The position numbers were made by a program, and so were the translations under genes. Under the pieces are notes generated by a model, which was given only the letters and a program-made list of their open reading frames with translations, had not been told where the DNA came from and searched no databases. Of a DNA stretch of 64,000 nt, positions 39,658 through 47,991 are shown in pieces. The stretch's first letter is position 1. Each line of letters starts with the position of its first letter. Source of the stretch: Desulfobacterales bacterium (GTDB lineage: Bacteria > Desulfobacterota > Desulfobacteria > Desulfobacterales > UBA5616). The DNA is taken from NCBI GenBank assembly GCA_046483495.1, contig JAWODC010000090.1, positions 32,001 to 96,000 of the forward strand. Reading direction: 5' to 3'.

Positions 39658-41369
39658 ACGGTGCAACCGATATCGAGACGTTTTTTCAGCTTTTTCCCGA
39701 ACCGAATATGGCCCGGGATCTTTTCAATATCCTCGAGGATTTCAGGATCGAGTCGCGAATAAAAGACGAATACCCCGTTCTGGGAGAACAGGTCATCGAG
39801 GTCAACCTGTTCCTGCTGAATCGGCGGCCGGACTTAGACGACATGGCCGGCGACAAGCAGCGGATCGTCGAAATCATCGGGCAGTGGCTCACCACTGGAA
39901 AAACGAAACAGGATGTTCCCCCCCGTCTATTATCGCTCTTTGAATTCGCCCAGGCCCTTGCCGGAAAATTGGAAACCCCGCGATCATCGATTCATGATGC
40001 GGCCGCCGTCGCTTCGGAAATGTATTTCAGCATCGATGACGCCTTTCCCAAGGATGCCTACCGTCCGGTTCTTCCTTTTTCCGCTTTTATCGACCCGATG
40101 AAAACCGACAGCTATGATGCACGGCTCGGCGGCAAAGACGGTTCCAAAAGCCGTTCAGAAGCAGAACCCGAGGATAAAGACGCATCCCGACCCCCTGCGA
40201 ATGCGGCTCCTATGGAAGACCGCACCCCGCCGGTGTCACATCGTTCCGATACCGCAACCGAAGACCATCGAGAACCGGTGTTCCGGCCTTCGGATCTGCC
40301 GGAATTCGAAGCGGAAAACCCGGCCGAAGATGCCGAAGAACCCAAAAAGCGTTCCAAACGTCTGCTATTCGGCGAAGACGGCATGCAGCCGGATGATATG
40401 GACGCTGCAGATCCATTTCCGAGCGAGGCGCCGTCACGGCCCGCTGTCCCGGAATTGAGATCCTCTTCTGCAACGGGAGAGGAGCTGGAGGCGGCCCCCA
40501 TCAGCTGCCTTTACCCGGAATGGGGCGTCGATATCGAAGGCTACCGCGTCAATTGGGCACGCGTGACAGAGCGCCGGTTGTCCGGCGGATCGGAAGATTT
40601 TTACCGTAGCACATTGACCAAGTACGCCGGACTGGTGAAGAAAATCAAACGGGAATTCCAGATGCTGAGACCCGAGGGTGTGATCAAGTTCAAACGACAG
40701 GTCGATGGAAATGAGATCGATCTCGATGCCGCCGTGGAATATTTCATCGATCGAAAACTGGGGATCACCCCGTCGGAAAAAAATTATATTCGCACCCGAA
40801 AAAGCAGCCGGGACATTGCGGTCGCCTTCCTTTTGGACATGAGCGGAAGCACCCGGGGCACCGCCATTTCCCTGGAAAAGGAGGCATTGATCATCCTGTC
40901 GGAAGCGTTGCACGAACTCGGCGATACGTTCTCGATATACGGCTTTTCCGGCCACACGAGGGAAAATGTGGAATTTTTCGTCATCAAGGATTTCCTGGAG
41001 CCTTATGACCATCGGATCACCAGGAAAATATCGGCGATACGCGACCTTCACAGCACCCGTATCGGTCCCGCCATCCGTCATACCCATACCAAACTAGGCA
41101 GGCGTGAGGAAAAATTCAAACTTTTGATACTGTTGAGTGACGGAAAACCCGAAGACAGCGGATACAACGACGCCTATGGAATTGAAGATACCCGTATGGC
41201 ATTGAAGGAAGGTTTACAACAGGGAATACGGCCGTTCTGTATCACAATCGATGCGGCTGCACCGGAATACCTGCACCGGATGTACAGCCACAGCAATTGG
41301 GTGGTGATCCAAAAAATGGAAAAGCTTCCCCTGGAAATTACCCGGGTATACAAGCGCTTAACCACTTAG
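39654..41369 (+). CDS. NorD/CbbO-like VWA protein (C-terminal part of the adaptor)
   Basis: ARDLFNILEDFRIE, an acidic linker, YPEW and DGNEIDLDA; MIDAS DMSGST...STRIG...LSDGKP; YGIEDTRMA. Confidence 0.9.
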   Translation: MNGATDIETFFQLFPEPNMARDLFNILEDFRIESRIKDEYPVLGEQVIEVNLFLLNRRPDLDDMAGDKQRIVEIIGQWLTTGKTKQDVPPRLLSLFEFAQALAGKLETPRSSIHDAAAVASEMYFSIDDAFPKDAYRPVLPFSAFIDPMKTDSYDARLGGKDGSKSRSEAEPEDKDASRPPANAAPMEDRTPPVSHRSDTATEDHREPVFRPSDLPEFEAENPAEDAEEPKKRSKRLLFGEDGMQPDDMDAADPFPSEAPSRPAVPELRSSSATGEELEAAPISCLYPEWGVDIEGYRVNWARVTERRLSGGSEDFYRSTLTKYAGLVKKIKREFQMLRPEGVIKFKRQVDGNEIDLDAAVEYFIDRKLGITPSEKNYIRTRKSSRDIAVAFLLDMSGSTRGTAISLEKEALIILSEALHELGDTFSIYGFSGHTRENVEFFVIKDFLEPYDHRITRKISAIRDLHSTRIGPAIRHTHTKLGRREEKFKLLILLSDGKPEDSGYNDAYGIEDTRMALKEGLQQGIRPFCITIDAAAPEYLHRMYSHSNWVVIQKMEKLPLEITRVYKRLTT

Positions 41370-41513
41370 TACCCATCCAGAAATGGCTGATTCGCTCCAT
41401 TTCGGCGTTGGCCGGGTAATTTTAATCCTCAAAATACTCAATGTATTCGTGCGGTTAAAATTTCCCGGCCGCCTTGAACGGAATCGAATTATCTCATTTC
41501 TGGATGGATACCA
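41367..41513 (+). repeat. Palindromic ~147-bp element, terminus type A (copy 3)
   Basis: TAGTACCCATCCAGAAATGG ... CATTTCTGGATGGATACCA; begins at the TAG stop of the VWA gene. Confidence 0.9.
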
Positions 41514-41524
41514 CGTAGTTTCCA

Positions 41525-41821
41525 TCACTCTGCAAACCCATAGTGAAACACCTCGTAGTCCGTATGCCCTCCAAGTATTTCATCGATTTCACGCTGAATA
41601 CTCCGCCGCTCCTCGCTGGACAGCCACTCTTCCCAGTCATCGGAGGATTTCCAGTTGCTGATGACGAGAAAAACATCGGGACGATCCAGGCTTCGAAGGG
41701 TTTCACCTGAAATGTAGCCCCGCCGCACAACGGCAAGAGACCTCATTTTCCTGAACAGCGGCATCACCTCTTTGGTTTTATTTTCGGGAACCACCCTTTT
41801 GATGAGGACTTTTACAGCCAT
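41525..41821 (-). CDS. Antibiotic biosynthesis monooxygenase (ABM) family protein
   Basis: MAVKVLIKR...GYISGETL...FLVISNW.S.DDW. Confidence 0.85.
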   Translation of the reverse strand: MAVKVLIKRVVPENKTKEVMPLFRKMRSLAVVRRGYISGETLRSLDRPDVFLVISNWKSSDDWEEWLSSEERRSIQREIDEILGGHTDYEVFHYGFAE

Positions 41822-41845
41822 ATCCAACCTCTTTGTATTGGGTCT

Positions 41846-43027
41846 TCACATTTCGGGCCCTGGCACAGCGGTTTGGACCGCCGCCTGAACTTGCCGAACG
41901 TCGTTGCGTCTTTTTTTGCTCCTTTCCATGATTATTACGCTGATGACCAGGCATTCGAGACCGAACGGCAAATAACCCCCATATCCCAGGATGGGCATTT
42001 CGAAAATGTGAAACCGCTCTACAAACGGAATCGCATATTCCCATTTTGGAAAGCTCCAATAGTTCCACATTTCCCAAAAAAATCCGCACATCAGGGCCGC
42101 CGCCGGTGCGAAAACGATCGTCTTCCAATTCCCGGAATCGATCATGTCCGAAAATATGTGCTTTTCCCGGAAAAGGGACTGCAGTGAGGTAATGATCAGC
42201 AAGGGGGAGATCCAGAGCAGCGGGAAAAGCACATTCGGCCACACGCCGATAAACGCCAATCCAACTCCGGAGATTCCCAGAACGGTTACGGCCGGCCACC
42301 GGCCCTCGGGAGGTTTCGGTGAACGGAATCGAAACGGCGCCTCATCCGAAACCGTAAACGAGATCAGGTAGTGGTAAGTCGAGTATACCGCCGGCAGGAC
42401 GGTTGAAAAGGATATGGACGCGAATACGATGTATTGGGCCGTGGTAAAGTGCGCGACCCCCAGGTAGACCCAATTTTGAACATACCGGTTCAGGTATTCG
42501 AAAAACCACCAGAAAACGGCACTTGCCGGAAAAAGCAGCCCGAAGCGAAGGGGGGATTCATTCAGAGGGCACACCCCGCGTCGCCGACAGCAGAGGGCGT
42601 TGATTACGAGGATGTATCCCAGCCACAAGGGAAAAAACGTGTGCTGCCAGACAGCGCCGCTTCGTTCGAAACGGCCCCATGCCGCAACCCATCCTGTGAT
42701 GACGATCACAATGCCGATCCAGCCCCACCAGGGAAAAGGGGCGACCGCCTTCTTCTTGACCTTTATTCCTCCATTGCGTATAAAATAAACCAGCATACGG
42801 CCGAGGAAAAGCAAAAGGACCAGGTCAACGACCCCCACCGCGATAAACGCGGGCCACGAAAAGCCGGGGTGGTCTACATATCGTGTCAGCGGCGGGAATT
42901 CGAGAAAACGGCGGGCATCGATCCCCGTCAGGTAAACGCTGATCAGTGGAAGGCAAACCAGCATGGCTGCCATTATGCCGAACTTGAGAATTGCGGAAAC
43001 GACTGGATTGTGGGGGGAATTTTTCAA
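41846..43027 (-). CDS. Trp-rich integral membrane protein, function unknown
   Basis: About 10 TM helices; internal duplication FWWFFEYLN..VQNW.Y / FFWEMWNYWS.PKW.Y. TTG start after GAGGA is assumed. Confidence 0.75.
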   Translation of the reverse strand: MKNSPHNPVVSAILKFGIMAAMLVCLPLISVYLTGIDARRFLEFPPLTRYVDHPGFSWPAFIAVGVVDLVLLLFLGRMLVYFIRNGGIKVKKKAVAPFPWWGWIGIVIVITGWVAAWGRFERSGAVWQHTFFPLWLGYILVINALCCRRRGVCPLNESPLRFGLLFPASAVFWWFFEYLNRYVQNWVYLGVAHFTTAQYIVFASISFSTVLPAVYSTYHYLISFTVSDEAPFRFRSPKPPEGRWPAVTVLGISGVGLAFIGVWPNVLFPLLWISPLLIITSLQSLFREKHIFSDMIDSGNWKTIVFAPAAALMCGFFWEMWNYWSFPKWEYAIPFVERFHIFEMPILGYGGYLPFGLECLVISVIIMERSKKRRNDVRQVQAAVQTAVPGPEM

Positions 43028-43093
43028 GGGAAATCCTCGTTTCGTCTGTTGCTGCAAAACGGTTGTGCCGCAATCCGGCGAAAATTCATTATC

Positions 43094-43750
43094 ATGCTGA
43101 AACGCGAAGAAATCAACCGAAAACTACTGCACATCGTTGCGCTGCTCATGCCGATCGGCATCTTTTACGTTCCTGTATTGACGCCCTGTTCGAAATGGAC
43201 GGGACCGGCTGTTTTGGCCGGATTGTTCACGGCATCCATTTTCCTGGAAGAATTGCGCCTGAAAAACCGGGGCATTCGCGAACGATTCACCGCCTGGTTC
43301 GGCACACTCATGAGGCAGGATGAAAAACAGCGCGCAACCGGGGCCACCTTCATTATCGGCGGCGCTTTGATATGCTCGGTGGTGTTTGTGGATTCCCCGC
43401 ATATTTCATTTATCGTATTGACGCTGTTTATTATCGGTGACGCCGCCGCCGCTCTGGTGGGCCAAAGCCTCGGCCGAATCCCGATTTTCGGCAAATCCCT
43501 TGAAGGTTCCATGGCCTGCTTCACGGCATGCATGATCCTGTTTGCGGTTGTATTTCCCCATGTTCCGCTGTTGGAGCGGCAGTGGCAAAGCGGCCACATT
43601 CCCATTTCTTCGATGATCGTCACATCCCTTGCGGTCACCATTCTGGAACTGGTTCCGATACGGATCACCAAACACCTCCTGTTAAACGACAACCTGTACG
43701 TCCCGGTTGCAGCCGGCTTGATTATGAAAGGGTTTACCGTATTATCGTAA
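43094..43750 (+). CDS. Phytol/dolichol (polyprenol) kinase family, CTP-dependent (SEC59/DGK1/VTE5)
   Basis: Motifs NRKLLH, IGDAAAALVG...KSLEGS.ACF and LNDNLYVP. Confidence 0.85.
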   Translation: MLKREEINRKLLHIVALLMPIGIFYVPVLTPCSKWTGPAVLAGLFTASIFLEELRLKNRGIRERFTAWFGTLMRQDEKQRATGATFIIGGALICSVVFVDSPHISFIVLTLFIIGDAAAALVGQSLGRIPIFGKSLEGSMACFTACMILFAVVFPHVPLLERQWQSGHIPISSMIVTSLAVTILELVPIRITKHLLLNDNLYVPVAAGLIMKGFTVLS

Positions 43751-43766
43751 TGACACGGGTATCGGC

Positions 43767-44027
43767 ATGAAGGTAGCGGTCTCATGTGATGCCGGCGGCA
43801 GCGGGGAAGAGACACCCCGCAGGTTCCGGCTCGGCGACAGAAAAGTTGAAGTTGCACAGATCCTGGATCGGTGGCCGGCAGCAGACCACTGGTATTATAA
43901 AATCCGTGGAGACGACGACAGCATCTATATTCTCCGCCATGATCTTATAACAAACGAGTGGGAAATGACCTTTTATACCGACGTTTCCCTGTCTTTTCCC
44001 GATGTCCCGGATCCGAAAATCATGTAA
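43767..44027 (+). CDS. Small hypothetical protein (DUF6504-like)
   Basis: EETPRRF.LG...V.QILDRW...YYKIRGDD...YILRHD...W. Confidence 0.65.
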   Translation: MKVAVSCDAGGSGEETPRRFRLGDRKVEVAQILDRWPAADHWYYKIRGDDDSIYILRHDLITNEWEMTFYTDVSLSFPDVPDPKIM

Positions 44028-44055
44028 GTTGCCTATATGGACAGCGGCCGACTGT

Positions 44056-44928
44056 ATGAACGATCTGGAGAAAATACATGTACCTGCCGAATGGCACGCG
44101 GTCCTGGAAAAAATCCCCGGGGGTGAGGTTATGGTCATCGGGGGAACGGATACGGGCAAAAGCACCTTCGTCCGCTGGCTAACCGTTCGGCTGCTCAACC
44201 GTTTCCAGCGCGTCGGCTGGATCGACTGTGATGTGGGCCAGTCCACACTCGGCCTGCCGTCCACACTGAACATGTCCCTGCTGGGTCCATCGGACTCGGC
44301 CGCAACGCCGCCCGATAAGGTGTTCTTCGTCGGTGCGACCTCACCGCGCGGTCACATGCTGCCGATGCTGGTCGGCGCCGAACGTCTGGTTCAATCCGCA
44401 CGCACCGCCGGCATCGAATGCCTGGTGACGGATACCACCGGGATAGTGAGTGCCGCCTCCGGCGGCGGCGCCCTGAAGCAGTGGAAAATAGAGCTCCTCA
44501 GGCCCGACATTGTAGTCGCTTTCGAGCATCACCGTGAACTGGACCACATTTTACAGCCCCTGGAAAAATCGCTTAAGCCGACAGTGCATCGGTTGCGGCC
44601 TTCCCCGGCCGTGCAGTTTCGTGAACCGCACATGCTGGAAAGTCTCCGATGGCAGCGGTACCGCAGCTATTTTTCAGGTGCGGTCCAACGGCATATCCCG
44701 GTTCGGAATCGGCCGGTATTCAATTCTGAAAAAGCGGCTGAAGGATCCTTGACGGCACTCCAGAATGCTTCCGGTTTTTGCCTTTCCATCGGAATCCTCT
44801 CACATCTCACCGAAAGAACGATCGAACTGATCGCCCCGCGCACGGACCTTGGCACGCTCGCCGGTATTCGTTTTGGAAATATTCGAATCGATGCTGACAG
44901 CTTGAGGGAAAAATCACCTGCGCCTTAA
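44056..44928 (+). CDS. Clp1/Grc3-family polynucleotide 5'-hydroxyl kinase
   Basis: Walker A GGTDTGKST; Walker B-like IDCDVGQS; FFVGATSP, DTTG and LK..KIELLRPD. Confidence 0.85.
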   Translation: MNDLEKIHVPAEWHAVLEKIPGGEVMVIGGTDTGKSTFVRWLTVRLLNRFQRVGWIDCDVGQSTLGLPSTLNMSLLGPSDSAATPPDKVFFVGATSPRGHMLPMLVGAERLVQSARTAGIECLVTDTTGIVSAASGGGALKQWKIELLRPDIVVAFEHHRELDHILQPLEKSLKPTVHRLRPSPAVQFREPHMLESLRWQRYRSYFSGAVQRHIPVRNRPVFNSEKAAEGSLTALQNASGFCLSIGILSHLTERTIELIAPRTDLGTLAGIRFGNIRIDADSLREKSPAP

Positions 44929-45575
44929 TTTCCGATGCCCTTTGACCCGGCAACAGCAAGGAGAGCCCGCTTGCGTACCGAAGCCGGCGTTACGATGCCG
45001 GTAAAATCGATATGGTCCATCTGCGGAAAAGCGTTTCCATTATAATTCAGAATCAACCCATCGAGCAGCGGCGGATCGCTTTGGGCCTGCAGAAAGTTGG
45101 CTGCAATCATGTAAAAAGTGGTTTGGCCGCCGAAAGAACCCTGAAAAAAATGCCTGAGGGCTATTTTGTTCTGATCCTCCATTTCGATAACGGCAATCCG
45201 GCGGCGCGGATGGGATTCGCCGATATAATAAATTTTTTCGATGTCAAAATGGATGAGGCTGTCATCCCCCCGGGGGGTTTTACCGAAATAGGTCTTTTCC
45301 AAATACCCGGCAAGTAATGTCAAGGCATCTTCAACCGCAATGTTTTCGGGATGCCGGACCGGCCGGGCGGATTCTAAGACCTCTTCCGTACCGGGTTCGA
45401 ACGTATACAGAATCCCCGTATACACCGATGCCGCACCGGGTTCTGTACGGCTTTTTTCGGAATCACCGGAAAGCACCAGAACGGCCGTCATAAATCCCGA
45501 CAGGAAAATCGCCGCTATACCCCCGATCATCGATACCCGGGCGATTTTCGTGTATTTGACAGGCTTTTCTGTCAT
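44925..45575 (-). CDS. Hypothetical membrane-anchored protein
   Basis: One N-terminal TM helix followed by a soluble domain (FFQGSFGGQTTF). Start uncertain (45575 or 45614). Confidence 0.6.
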   Translation of the reverse strand: MTEKPVKYTKIARVSMIGGIAAIFLSGFMTAVLVLSGDSEKSRTEPGAASVYTGILYTFEPGTEEVLESARPVRHPENIAVEDALTLLAGYLEKTYFGKTPRGDDSLIHFDIEKIYYIGESHPRRRIAVIEMEDQNKIALRHFFQGSFGGQTTFYMIAANFLQAQSDPPLLDGLILNYNGNAFPQMDHIDFTGIVTPASVRKRALLAVAGSKGIGN

Positions 45576-45773
45576 ATGACCTCTGTTTTCCTGCAAACGG
45601 TTTTCGTTTTCCATTATCAACTATGTCAAAAACCAACCGGCAAATCAATAGCTTAACACCTCCTCGATTTTTTTTGTAGACAAACCACCGGGCAGCAGCG
45701 TCTTTTCAGGAAAACGACCGTGATCTCAATTATCGCTTCAAGCATCTTTATAATTGCCAACCCGGAGGATCAC

Positions 45774-46202
45774 ATGAAGAAGCTTATGATGCTGCTGATC
45801 ATCATTGGACTAGCCGGCCTCGGTTGCGCGAACACCGGACGCTATAATACCCAAAAAGGAGCCGCTATCGGTGCGGGACTCGGCGCTTTGGCCGGGCAGG
45901 CCATCGGCAACGACACCCGTTCAACGCTGATCGGAACCGGGGTGGGAACCCTGCTGGGCACGATTGTGGGAAACGGAATCGATCAACAGGAAGACGAATA
46001 CCGCAGTCGCTCAAGGCAATACGAACATCCGATTCACCACAGCGGTGCGTATGAAAGCCGGTATTACGGACATCGTGAAAACGGCGAAGCCGCGGGTTGC
46101 CGTCAACCCCCGCCGGGCAGGTGGGTTATGGTGCCGGGCCACTGGGAAGGCCGCCGCTGGATACCGGCCCACGAAATATGGATGCCGGTAAACCCGCGAT
46201 AA
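45774..46202 (+). CDS. Glycine-zipper lipoprotein with C-terminal WxPGHW-type repeat
   Basis: RBS GGAGG; lipobox LGC; TQKGAAIGAGLGALAGQAIG; WVMVPGHWEGRRWIPAH. Confidence 0.82.
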   Translation: MKKLMMLLIIIGLAGLGCANTGRYNTQKGAAIGAGLGALAGQAIGNDTRSTLIGTGVGTLLGTIVGNGIDQQEDEYRSRSRQYEHPIHHSGAYESRYYGHRENGEAAGCRQPPPGRWVMVPGHWEGRRWIPAHEIWMPVNPR

Positions 46203-46211
46203 GGCCGCATC

Positions 46212-46262
46212 CTTATTCCCGAATCCGTTTATGAGCCTTAAAAAACCGGATTCGGAAATAAG
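46212..46262. terminator. Hairpin between convergent genes (likely bidirectional terminator)
   Basis: CTTATTCCCGAATCCG ... CGGATTCGGAAATAAG, flanked by an A-run. Confidence 0.6.
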
Positions 46263-46273
46263 AAAAAAATCTC

Positions 46274-47533
46274 CTATTCTTTTTTCGGGGGATTCATAAA
46301 CAGCGACGCGATAAACGCCATCCCCAGTATGATGGACAATAAAAGGAAAGCCGTTTGATAGCTGCCGGTTTTTTCGAAAATAAACCCTGCGCCGACCGGC
46401 ACCATCGCCCCGAAAAATACCACCGTCGGGCCGACGATCCCGTTAATGGAGGCGAAGGCTTCAACGCCATAATAATTGCCCAGCAGCGTCGGAAACATGA
46501 TCAATTGCGAACCATAACAGAAACCGAGAATCATTCCGGCGGTGATCACGAATGTCAGGTCCGTCAATTTCCACAAACCGATAAACATCACCAGCATGAT
46601 GCCCAATGTCGCGCTGATGATCCACCTCGGCTCCACCCGATCACCGAGCCAACCGACGGGAAAACGGGCCAATCCGCTGCCCAGAATGACGAAACTCAGG
46701 ACGGAAGCCGCCTCCATTTCGGTAAACCCCTTGTCCGTGAAATGGAGCACACCGTGGCTGGTGATCATGAAAAGGATCATGATATGGCCGACGATGGTGG
46801 CGATAAAAAACCATAACGTGCGCGTTTTCAAGGCTTCTCTGAATTCCCATGCGGCATGGGTGCGATATGTTTTCGTTCGCTTAACGTTTTCTCCGGCCGC
46901 CGCTGCTTTTTCCGGTGAAAGGCCGTCCGAATACTGCCCTACATCCTGGGGTTTGCCGATCAGCAGAAAACTGGCGATAAGGCCCACGAGGGCAAAGCCT
47001 GCGCCGGTCAGCCATCCGACCTGCCAGGTGCCGGTTTGTTCCATGAGCCACGTGTAAAACGGCTGAGCCAGGAATCCGCCTGCAGCCGCGCCGGTCATGA
47101 CGAGCCCGATCGCCGTACCCCGATTGATGTTGAACCAGTACATCAATATGGTTTGAATGGGGACGACACCGCAAAATGCAAACCCTGTCCCTACAACGAA
47201 TCCCCATAAAATGATCCATTGCCACATCTCGGATGTCACCGTCCCCAGCAGAACCAGCCCGAAAAGCAGCAAGCTCGTGCCGATGAGGATGGTTTTTCTT
47301 GCCCCGATTTTATTGATACAAATCGCCGCAAGAGGGACGCCGAAACCCATCAGCAGCGTGCAGATCGTATGGGCGATGGATGCGGATCCCCTGCTCCACC
47401 CCAGCGTTTTGATCATCATGGGGAAAATGACGGAAAAGCCATAAAATACCATCCCCAGGGTAGACATATAGATTAGAAACAAGAGGCCTACATTTTTCCA
47501 TCCATAGAAACCGGGTTTTACACTTGGGTTCAT
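46274..47533 (-). CDS. MFS transporter (OFA/monocarboxylate-like)
   Basis: FYGW start, 12 TM helices, WF...RGTAIG and GWLGDR. Confidence 0.9.
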   Translation of the reverse strand: MNPSVKPGFYGWKNVGLLFLIYMSTLGMVFYGFSVIFPMMIKTLGWSRGSASIAHTICTLLMGFGVPLAAICINKIGARKTILIGTSLLLFGLVLLGTVTSEMWQWIILWGFVVGTGFAFCGVVPIQTILMYWFNINRGTAIGLVMTGAAAGGFLAQPFYTWLMEQTGTWQVGWLTGAGFALVGLIASFLLIGKPQDVGQYSDGLSPEKAAAAGENVKRTKTYRTHAAWEFREALKTRTLWFFIATIVGHIMILFMITSHGVLHFTDKGFTEMEAASVLSFVILGSGLARFPVGWLGDRVEPRWIISATLGIMLVMFIGLWKLTDLTFVITAGMILGFCYGSQLIMFPTLLGNYYGVEAFASINGIVGPTVVFFGAMVPVGAGFIFEKTGSYQTAFLLLSIILGMAFIASLFMNPPKKE

Positions 47534-47991
47534 TTTTTCTCCTTTCCGAAAAAACAGGCATTCCTATCGTGGGTATGAACATGCCGGCGCAGGACAAGGT
47601 GATGGTTTATTCAGCGCCCATAAGAAGTCAGGGCCATTTTCGGCGGGTTTGTGCGGCGGTCCACACAGCGTTGTCACGAACCCCCGCAACCTGCGACTGC
47701 AAAACCATATCCTAATGAAGAAAAAAGGAAAATAATTTTTTTTTATAAACGCCGGATGAAATTTTACTGAATCCCCAATACCGGATGAATGATCCGAAAT
47801 GTGGACATCCTTCCAAAAGATGGTTGACAAACACGTGAATATAAGCAAAAAAAATAAGCTTATTCGATTTTTTTTCATCAAATATCGTCCATCTGCATAA
47901 CGGCTCAACCCACTGGTATTCGTGCCCCTATCGATAATTCATTTACGGACGGACACGAAAGAACAGTGTTTCACCAAAAAAGGAGGGATTT

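Noticed and set aside
39640..39670. Frameshift or pseudogene at the junction of the repeat protein and the VWA gene
   Set aside because: The junction is a clean ATGA start/stop overlap and both ORFs are intact, which favours a genuine split. Reads were not checked.
37459..41369. Evidence for denitrification or Calvin cycle
   Set aside because: No norCB, nirS or Rubisco gene in the window; family membership alone does not identify the client.
41383..41661. Repeated small ORF MADSLHFGVGR... (also inside ORF 30387-30710)
   Set aside because: It is the translated type A element. The ATG is ACG in copy 1 and the frame has a stop in type B.
42434..43750. 438-aa ORF as a fusion protein
   Set aside because: The N-terminal half is antisense to the membrane-protein gene; the kinase-like part starts at ATG 43094.
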